Under the pieces are notes generated by a model. That model searched no databases. It saw nothing but the letters and a program-made list of their open reading frames with translations, and was not told the DNA's origin. DNA of 64,000 bases from NCBI GenBank assembly GCA_964654855.1, contig CAZZJS010000008.1:4220-68219 (forward strand). Reading direction: 5' to 3'. Origin of the DNA: an uncultured Rickettsiales bacterium (lineage in GTDB: Bacteria > Pseudomonadota > Alphaproteobacteria > Rickettsiales > JALZUV01). Made by a program: the position numbers and the translations under genes. Shown here piece by piece: positions 57,108 through 64,000 of this stretch (position 1 is its first letter; the number at the start of each line of letters is the position of its first letter).

Positions 57108-57809
57108 TCACTGCACGCAGTGGATATTGACAATCATCTCGCTGGCCATGCGCTCTAAATAGCCTTGGCCATGCTGTAGCGCCGAATGCATCGTCACCGT
57201 ATAGACATTCTCACCTTCTAGGAAATTCCATAAATGCGGCAAGCTGATTGCGAGATCGCTATTGCCCATATTTTCCACACGGCCGCTAATGACGTTGGTG
57301 CGTGTAAGTTGCGCTTTACCCATGACTACGCCAATCACATTGCCGCTTCTATCGAGTAAGGGGCCGCCACTATTACCTTGGCGCGCAGAATCTTCAAATT
57401 GCACCCAGCGGTCGCTGCCCATCGGGCCGATTGTATCTTTCACTTTGGAATGACTCACTTTGTAAATGCCGGTTTGCCCATGCTTTTCGGGATAGCCAAT
57501 CACGAGGAGCTTCTCGCCTTTACGAATCGGAATGCCTTTCTCACGGATGGGTGCAACACGGGGAGGGATCGTACTGGTCTTTAGCAAGGCAAGGTCAATA
57601 TCCGCATCGACCTTAATAACTTTTGCTTGTGTCGGGTTAACGGCCCCACGAATCCGCACTGTATCGCAGCCTTTCACCACATGCTCATTGGTGATAATAT
57701 GCCCAGCTTTGCTTATGAAAAACCCTGTGCCAGATTTATAATATTGCTGCGCCTGAGCGGGAAAGGCCAAAAGCGCGAGGATGCCGAGTGTATATAATGG
57801 GTGTTTCAT
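57108..57809 (-). CDS. secreted trypsin-like serine protease (S1 family)
   Basis: Signal peptide. Triad contexts ITNEHVV, DLALLK, GNSGGPLLD. Confidence 0.82.
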   Translation of the reverse strand: MKHPLYTLGILALLAFPAQAQQYYKSGTGFFISKAGHIITNEHVVKGCDTVRIRGAVNPTQAKVIKVDADIDLALLKTSTIPPRVAPIREKGIPIRKGEKLLVIGYPEKHGQTGIYKVSHSKVKDTIGPMGSDRWVQFEDSARQGNSGGPLLDRSGNVIGVVMGKAQLTRTNVISGRVENMGNSDLAISLPHLWNFLEGENVYTVTMHSALQHGQGYLERMASEMIVNIHCVQ

Positions 57810-57843
57810 TATTTCAGTATATCCTAGTTATTGGTCATTTTGA

Positions 57844-58806
57844 TTAAAGGGCTCTCTCTTTATCAGAGAACTGCTCTTTCCCATTCTCTAAGACAGATCG
57901 TATACAGGCAGTAATGATACCACCCTTTTGATCCATTCGCTCTGCTTTTTCTAGAAGCGTTTCCATTGTTGCTCGTGTTCTCTTTGCATCTGGATGGCCA
58001 ATCGCTTTTGCGCAGCTTTTAACATGCTCAACGAGTGTATTTACGAAGGATTCCTTATCTGTAGCCATGCTAAAGCATTGATCAATAATTTGTTTTGCAT
58101 TCATTTCTTCAAGCACGATAGGCTTACCCGGTGCTACATATGCAGTTTTTTTGACAGGAGGCTCTAGTTTAGTAATGGTAGGCTTAGGTTCTATTGGCTT
58201 GAGCGCAGGTATGCTTTTTTTCTTTTGCTCGGGTTTTGGTGGAATCTTCACATCAAAGCCAATAGAGCGTTCAATCTTGGCTAAAATTTGTTCGGCACTT
58301 GGAAGTTTTTCATCTTCTTGGCTGCACCAGGGAACCTCTTTTTTTAGAAGTTTTAGGAATTTTTTATTTTCCTGTGTGACGATATGTTTTTTAGTTGTTC
58401 CCGCAAGCCTTTCTTGGTTCTTTTCCACAATGAATTTGGTGGTGATCGCAACGATTGGTTTTTCTTTTAAGAGCGCTTCAATCAACCCTTCCCCTGTTGC
58501 ATTATCTGTGGGCATGAAATTGTGATCAGGGGCTTCTGCTGCGGCAGGTTTTGAAAGTGGCAACGTTTGATGGCGATTAAAAAATCGTTTGAGCTGTGTT
58601 TTAATTATTGAGGCTTCTGTTTTGCTATAACCATTCTCAAGCAGTGTAAGGGTGAACTCCCAGTCTTTGACTGTATCTGTGCCTTTAACCCCAAACCCTC
58701 GGTTGCGATTCGCAAAGGCATAAGCCTGTCGCGCTATTTCACCCTCTTTAGCTTCTAATGCTTTATAGGTAATATAACCGGTTCTTTTTTCTAGGCTTTT
58801 AGCCAT
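57844..58806 (-). CDS. hypothetical protein (320 aa)
   Basis: ORF starts 12 nt after the clpA stop. Lys/Pro-rich central linker. No family recognised. Confidence 0.5.
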   Translation of the reverse strand: MAKSLEKRTGYITYKALEAKEGEIARQAYAFANRNRGFGVKGTDTVKDWEFTLTLLENGYSKTEASIIKTQLKRFFNRHQTLPLSKPAAAEAPDHNFMPTDNATGEGLIEALLKEKPIVAITTKFIVEKNQERLAGTTKKHIVTQENKKFLKLLKKEVPWCSQEDEKLPSAEQILAKIERSIGFDVKIPPKPEQKKKSIPALKPIEPKPTITKLEPPVKKTAYVAPGKPIVLEEMNAKQIIDQCFSMATDKESFVNTLVEHVKSCAKAIGHPDAKRTRATMETLLEKAERMDQKGGIITACIRSVLENGKEQFSDKERAL

Positions 58807-58818
58807 CCAGCAACCTGA

Positions 58819-61158
58819 TTAAGCGTCTGCTTCTTCTTTACGGGGTTTGCGTTTTTTCGGCTCAGGCTTGTCGAAATCAAAGACGAGTTCGTCTTTCTTC
58901 AGCACGACTGTTACCGTACCGCCTTTAGTCAATTTACCGAAGAGAACTTCATCCGCCAATGGTTTCTTGATCTTCTCGGTAATGAGGCGAGATAGCGGAC
59001 GAGCGCCGTTCTTACGGTCATAACCTTTTTCAGATAACCACTCACGTGCGTCTTCAGAAAGGATAATCTGTACGTTACGCTCTTGTAGTTGACCTTCAAG
59101 TTTCGCGATGAACTTATCGACCACATGGTTAACCACTTCGCCGTCCAAGTGAGTGAATGGCACGATAGCATCTAAACGGTTACGGAATTCTGGCGTAAAG
59201 AGACGGTTAACTGCTTCCGTATCTTCGCCTTCGCGTTCGGTACGGCCAAAGCCGATAGGAGCGCGTTCCATATCCGCTGCGCCCGCATTACTGGTCATAA
59301 TGATGATTGCATTGCGGAAATCGACGGTTTTGCCATTATTATCAGTAAGTTTGCCGTAATCCATCACTTGAAGGAGGATATTATAAACATCCTGATGCGC
59401 TTTTTCGATCTCATCGAGAAGGATTACGCAATATGGGTTTTTGTCGACTGCATCTGTCAATACGCCGCCTTGCTCATAACCAACATAGCCTGGAGGGGCA
59501 CCAATTAGACGAGCTACTGCGTGTTTCTCCATATATTCTGACATGTCGATACGAGTCAGCTCCATACCCATTGCTTTGGAAAGTTGTAGAGCTACTTCGG
59601 TTTTACCTACGCCGGTTGGGCCGGTGAAGAGGTAGTTACCGATTGGTTTCTCAGGTTCGCGTAAGCCTGCACGCGCCATTTTCACGGCAGAAGCAAGTTG
59701 TTCAATCGCATTATCTTGACCAAATACAGTGAGCTTGAGGTTCTGTTCAATGTGTTTTAGTTGTTCAGTATCGTCTGAAGATAAAGACTTACTCGGCATC
59801 TTAGCGACTCTCGCGACAATATCTTCAATCTGGCGTAACCCGATAGTTTTACGGCGTTGGCCTTCTGGCAATAGCATTTGCGCTGCACCTGCTTCGTCCA
59901 TCACGTCGATGGCCTTATCAGGCAAGTGGCGGTCATGAATGTAGCGTGAAGAGAGTTCCACGGCAGCTTTGATGGCTGCAGTGGTGAATTTCACCTTATG
60001 GTGCTCTTCATAGTAAGGCTTCAAGCCGCGCAGGATCTTGATGCTATCTTCGATATTTGGCTCAGCTACGTCGATTTTTTGGAAACGACGCGCAAGCGCG
60101 TGATCTTTTTCTACATGATTGCGATATTCTTTGTAGGTAGTTGAACCGATACATTTGATCGAACCACGCGCTAAAGCTGGTTTTAGCAAGTTACATGCAT
60201 CTAAAGCACCGCCTGAAGTCGAACCTGCGCCCATAATCGTGTGGATTTCATCAATAAATAAAACTGCACCAGGAAGTTTCTCAATTTCTGTAATTACGGC
60301 TTTCATGCGTTCTTCAAAGTCGCCACGATAGCGCGTTCCGGCAAGGAGCGAACCCATATCGAGTGAGAAGATTACGGCATTTTTAAGCACATCTGGCACT
60401 TCACCGCGTGTGATACGAAGGGCGAGGCCTTCAGCAATCGCGGTTTTACCCACGCCTGCCTCACCCACATAAAGTGGATTATTTTTGCTACGGCGGCAAA
60501 GCACTTGAATGGTGCGCTCTACTTCTTTTTCACGACCAATCAGAATGTCTGTTTTACCTGATTCAGCTTTCTTATTGAGATCAACCGTATATTGAGCGAT
60601 TGCTTCTTGGCTGTCTTTTGCTCCTGTTTGTGCGGCAGTGCCGAAAGCGTCCGCTGTTTCTGTCTCGCGTTCGTCGTTTTGGTTTTCATCTTGCTTAGCA
60701 GGTGTGCCTACGCGCATGAAATCACCGTATTTCACAATACCGTGGCTGATATAGTTGACCACATCAAGGCGGTTAATATCTTGTTCTTGAAGGAAATAAA
60801 CTGCATGGCTTTCGCGCTCTGAGAATAAGGCGACAAGTACATTCGCGCCCGTTACTTCGCTTTTGCCAGCCGATTGTACATGGATAGCCGCACGATGGAT
60901 CACACGTTGGAAGCCAGCCGTTGGTTTTGCTTCATCAATGCTATCTACCGCAAGTGCGCTTAGGTCATTTTCGATGAAATCAACCAATGCATCTTGCAGG
61001 TCACCAAGGTTTACACCGCAACCACGTAAAATAGGCGAGGCATCTGTATCTTGCGTAAGCCCTAATAATAGATGCTCTAGTGTAGCATATTCATGGCCGT
61101 AATCTTTAGCTAGGCCCAGTGCGCGGTGGAGTGTTTGTTCCAGATTTTTAGAAAGCAT
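58819..61158 (-). CDS. clpA: ATP-dependent Clp protease ATP-binding subunit ClpA
   Basis: ATG 61158 with a GAGGA SD (track start is TTG 61194). Two AAA+ modules, GEAGVGKTA and GPTGVGKTE. N-domain MLSKNLEQTLHRA. Confidence 0.93.
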   Translation of the reverse strand: MLSKNLEQTLHRALGLAKDYGHEYATLEHLLLGLTQDTDASPILRGCGVNLGDLQDALVDFIENDLSALAVDSIDEAKPTAGFQRVIHRAAIHVQSAGKSEVTGANVLVALFSERESHAVYFLQEQDINRLDVVNYISHGIVKYGDFMRVGTPAKQDENQNDERETETADAFGTAAQTGAKDSQEAIAQYTVDLNKKAESGKTDILIGREKEVERTIQVLCRRSKNNPLYVGEAGVGKTAIAEGLALRITRGEVPDVLKNAVIFSLDMGSLLAGTRYRGDFEERMKAVITEIEKLPGAVLFIDEIHTIMGAGSTSGGALDACNLLKPALARGSIKCIGSTTYKEYRNHVEKDHALARRFQKIDVAEPNIEDSIKILRGLKPYYEEHHKVKFTTAAIKAAVELSSRYIHDRHLPDKAIDVMDEAGAAQMLLPEGQRRKTIGLRQIEDIVARVAKMPSKSLSSDDTEQLKHIEQNLKLTVFGQDNAIEQLASAVKMARAGLREPEKPIGNYLFTGPTGVGKTEVALQLSKAMGMELTRIDMSEYMEKHAVARLIGAPPGYVGYEQGGVLTDAVDKNPYCVILLDEIEKAHQDVYNILLQVMDYGKLTDNNGKTVDFRNAIIIMTSNAGAADMERAPIGFGRTEREGEDTEAVNRLFTPEFRNRLDAIVPFTHLDGEVVNHVVDKFIAKLEGQLQERNVQIILSEDAREWLSEKGYDRKNGARPLSRLITEKIKKPLADEVLFGKLTKGGTVTVVLKKDELVFDFDKPEPKKRKPRKEEADA

Positions 61159-61317
61159 AATTTCCTCGTTGTTACTCTCTAACTTTATCGCCAAACTCTT
61201 AACATGACGTTAGCAGAAGCTTAAAAAAGGGTTAGGATGTAAGAAAAAGTGAAATTTTTTGGTTAAGGAGCTTCCTCTTCACTATAAAGTAACCACTTTT
61301 GGTTATAATTTGCTTCA

Positions 61318-62268
61318 ATGAGTAATTTACGAGATAATTTATTACAGCGGGCACATAATGCGAGTTATGCAGAGCGCCTACAGTTGGTAAGAGAGTGCCT
61401 TGCCGAAGCGTCTCAACAGCAATTTCAAGCGATGCAGCATGTTCTTGAATTTCACGATAGCCTAATCCTGCAGGCGAAAGAGCGGGGCTACGACGATTTA
61501 CCTGATATTATTTGTGCGGCTCCGTTTGAGCAAAAAATAAAACATTATGTTCAAACTGCTCCTGCAGTTGAGATCATGGGTCTGGAGCCGGATGAATTGG
61601 TGGGTTCAATCGCTATTGCAGATCGAGATATTACCGATAATAAAGCTCTATTTAAGCAAGGCATTTCTGAGGTAAGAGGCTATCTGATAGATTTGGGTGA
61701 AGAAGAAATCTTCAACCACTATTTAGCATTAACAAATGGTTTTGATAAGGTAACAAAGTGGACGATTCGTGCCAATGCTATTTTAGGTAATAAACTTGGT
61801 ACAGGTGAAGTACAAAATGCAAAGAAACTACTCAAACGGCGTGTAAGGGAAGTTGTGAACGCTTTGAAGGTTTCAACCTCAGCAATTCAGAATTACTGTA
61901 CTCGTATTATCAAGCATGCAGATGAGCTGGGCATTGAGGGGGAGTTGCTAGATAGTGTTATTGAAAATACCGAATCGTACGCAGGTTTAGATTATGATGC
62001 AGTGTTACAGGAGACGATTGAGTCGATTGAGGGTGCTTTAGTAAAACCAGAGCTAGATCGAGCAAGTCTAGAGATTGAAAGCGAACTTCAGGAGGACCTT
62101 AGAGCTTTAGAGAATTCTAGCAATATTTGTGCAATGTTTTTCACGAAAAAATTGAGTGAGGAAGTGCGCAAGGATCTATTAAAGTCAAAGGGTGAACTGA
62201 CTGATGCGATGGACCAGTTGCGTGAAGTAGAATTTAAGCAAAATAAAGATCGAGGTCAAAAGCGCTAG
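61318..62268 (+). CDS. hypothetical helical protein (316 aa) inserted between clpS and clpA
   Basis: ORF on the opposite strand. Its stop lies 1 nt from the clpS stop. No family recognised. Confidence 0.5.
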   Translation: MSNLRDNLLQRAHNASYAERLQLVRECLAEASQQQFQAMQHVLEFHDSLILQAKERGYDDLPDIICAAPFEQKIKHYVQTAPAVEIMGLEPDELVGSIAIADRDITDNKALFKQGISEVRGYLIDLGEEEIFNHYLALTNGFDKVTKWTIRANAILGNKLGTGEVQNAKKLLKRRVREVVNALKVSTSAIQNYCTRIIKHADELGIEGELLDSVIENTESYAGLDYDAVLQETIESIEGALVKPELDRASLEIESELQEDLRALENSSNICAMFFTKKLSEEVRKDLLKSKGELTDAMDQLREVEFKQNKDRGQKR

Positions 62269-62269
62269 T

Positions 62270-62629
62270 TTATGCGTCTTTTTCCATTACGCATTGAAGG
62301 GGATGGTCATTCTGGCGAGCGAGGTAAAGGGTTTGATCTACTTTAGTTTCAGCAACATCGCGGGTGAAAACACCGCATAGGCCAGCGCCTTTATTATGCA
62401 CCTGCATCATGATAGATGCCGCTTCTTCGGTGGATTTATGGTAGATATTTTCTAGCACTTTCACGACAAAATCCATCGGGGTAAAATCGTCATTGAGCAA
62501 TACGACCTTATAAAAAGACGGGCGTTGCAGCTTTTGCTTTGGCTTAGCTTCCAGTACATCCGTATCGCCGTCACCAGGCTGCGCTGGTGGCAATTCTTCC
62601 GCTTGTAATTTAGTAGAGTCTGCTTTCAT
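62270..62629 (-). CDS. clpS: ATP-dependent Clp protease adaptor ClpS
   Basis: [23 protein letters not shown]...[14 protein letters not shown]. Confidence 0.9.
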   Translation of the reverse strand: MKADSTKLQAEELPPAQPGDGDTDVLEAKPKQKLQRPSFYKVVLLNDDFTPMDFVVKVLENIYHKSTEEAASIMMQVHNKGAGLCGVFTRDVAETKVDQTLYLARQNDHPLQCVMEKDA

Positions 62630-62679
62630 TCACCTTTCTTTATACCGTAAATTCACTTTTGGCAAAAGAAGGGTTGTGA

Positions 62680-63684
62680 TTATTGCGCCCCGCTACTTTC
62701 TGAGGCTGCGTCTGCTGCTGGTGGGAGTGCACTGACAGAATTATCGTTTTGAATTTTCTTTTGGCGTTTTTTCAATGTGTCTCTTGCATTTGGCACGGTG
62801 AGGAGCGAACGAGGTGCCGCCTGCGCTTGTGGCAGTAATGATAAATGTGATCCACGTAATAAGATAATCTCAATACGGCGGTTAAGAGCTGAGATAGGGT
62901 CGTCGCGCAAAACAGGGTTGCTGGAAGAATGTCCAACAATTTTCTTTACCCGTGCTTTGGTCATTTTGTTTCTTTCTAAGAAACGACGAGTTGACAAGGC
63001 ACGGTCGGTTGATAATTCCCAATTAGAGTATTTCTTGTTGATTCCCGCATAGGGCAGCGCATCCGTATGGCCGTTAATCGAAAGATGGTTCGGCAATTTA
63101 CGAATGATGGGAGTCATTCCTTTTAGAATTTTCTTACCTGCATCGCTAAGCTCAGCGCTTCCAGGTTTGAACATGGTATATTTATCAGAATCGCGAAGCT
63201 CAATTTTTAATCCTTCTGGGTTTTGTTCCATTAGGATATTTTCAGTAAAATCTCGTAAGTTGGGGTCTGACTCTACGACTTGAGCAATTTCTTTCTTTGC
63301 ATCTTCGAACAGAACGCTTTCTTCCTCGCCATCCAAATTCGTTTCGGCACTATTATCGGTTACTTCACCAGAATCGGGCTGTTTGATAACGAGATTCACC
63401 TCAGACGTATCATTTCGAGAGGTGCCGCTTTCCGTCGTGACAGATTTACCGCCAGAAAAACCGATACCTTGCGAATCTCTCAAACCGACTGTCGGGGTGA
63501 AGTACTCTTGAAGGCCTTTTTTCTGCTCTTCCGAGGCAGCTGCGATTAACCATAATAACAAAAAGAATGCCATCATTGCGGTCACAAAATCTGCGTAGGC
63601 TACTTTCCATGCCCCCCCATGATGGACAGGGCGGCCTTTTTTAACCTTTTTAATAATGATGGGAGGTTGGTTTCCGTCAGCCAT
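62680..63684 (-). CDS. motB: flagellar motor stator protein MotB
   Basis: ATG 63684 (MADGNQPPIIIKKVKK...HHGGAWKVAYADFVTAMMAFFLLLWL). C-terminal OmpA-like domain INGHTD...NWELSTDRA...NRRIEIIL. Confidence 0.85.
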   Translation of the reverse strand: MADGNQPPIIIKKVKKGRPVHHGGAWKVAYADFVTAMMAFFLLLWLIAAASEEQKKGLQEYFTPTVGLRDSQGIGFSGGKSVTTESGTSRNDTSEVNLVIKQPDSGEVTDNSAETNLDGEEESVLFEDAKKEIAQVVESDPNLRDFTENILMEQNPEGLKIELRDSDKYTMFKPGSAELSDAGKKILKGMTPIIRKLPNHLSINGHTDALPYAGINKKYSNWELSTDRALSTRRFLERNKMTKARVKKIVGHSSSNPVLRDDPISALNRRIEIILLRGSHLSLLPQAQAAPRSLLTVPNARDTLKKRQKKIQNDNSVSALPPAADAASESSGAQ

Positions 63685-63695
63685 AATATTTTCTG

Positions 63696-64000
63696 CTAGT
63701 CGCTCGTGCCGGTGCAAGCGTCTTCAACGGTTTTAAAATCTGGCCGTTCTGCTTGCGGAATCACATTACGAGCAAATTCGACAGTGACGGCCGGTGCGTT
63801 TCCTTTTAAATGGGCTAGAATTCCAGCGCGGATGCATAAAGCATACTGATGCTCATCATCAAGGTATTTCCCAATGAAACTACCAATAGGGCTCACTAAA
63901 CCATAGGCAAGCAGGATACCAAGGAAGGTTCCCACCAGTGCTGCACCAATGAGTTTACCTAAAATTTCAGGTGGTTCGCTGATGCTACCCATCGTAACGA
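63696..64000 (-). CDS. motA: flagellar motor stator protein MotA, C-terminal part (N-terminus outside window)
   Basis: The frame stays open to the window edge. GSISEPPEILGKLIGAALVGTFLGILLAYG matches the conserved MotA/TolQ/ExbB channel segment. Confidence 0.8.
   Translation of the reverse strand, partial: VTMGSISEPPEILGKLIGAALVGTFLGILLAYGLVSPIGSFIGKYLDDEHQYALCIRAGILAHLKGNAPAVTVEFARNVIPQAERPDFKTVEDACTGTSD

Overview
The window looks like an alphaproteobacterial chromosome, based on MipZ, ArgJ, the lptE-holA pair, MreB, ClpS/ClpA, MotAB and an orphan VirB2-type pilin. The exact taxon cannot be determined from this sequence. It has two parts. (i) Positions 1-32482 are a visibly AT-richer accessory region. 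It consists of integrative elements stacked at the 3' end of a tRNA-Ala(UGC) gene (32483-32558, minus strand). The 3'-terminal 46-47 nt of that tRNA recur as perfect direct repeats at 17504-17549 and 7561-7607. These repeats delimit island A (17550-32482) and island B (7608-17503). Island A carries a P4-type integrase, a LlaJI-like module (HTH-fused C5 methyltransferase, McrB-like and McrC-like proteins), AlpA, a DUF2130 protein, an XRE/HTH/HUH-Rep-like module, two tandem SHOCT membrane paralogs and a serine hydrolase. Island B resembles a P4/PICI-type satellite: integrase, AlpA, Toprim-DUF927 primase-helicase, an iteron-type origin and an unassignable two-gene cargo operon. At least one further element lies left of 7560, with a large tyrosine recombinase, a 588-aa protein and an OLD/PARIS-like ATPase-Toprim protein. 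(ii) Positions 32559-64000 are ordinary core genome: pmbA, an msbA-like ABC exporter, holA, lptE, argJ, a parvulin PPIase, mreB, exoD, an ompA-family gene, ilvB, metY, pepA, mipZ, ribH, scoB, ridA, clpA, clpS and motAB. The best candidates for an undescribed system are: the translationally coupled 569-aa + 264-aa operon at 13640-16143 in island B's cargo slot; the XRE-divergent tandem SHOCT membrane paralogs at 28812-30086; and the 588-aa protein with polymerase-palm-like motifs next to an integrase at 3990-5756. All functional calls rest on motif reading by eye, since no database search could be run.
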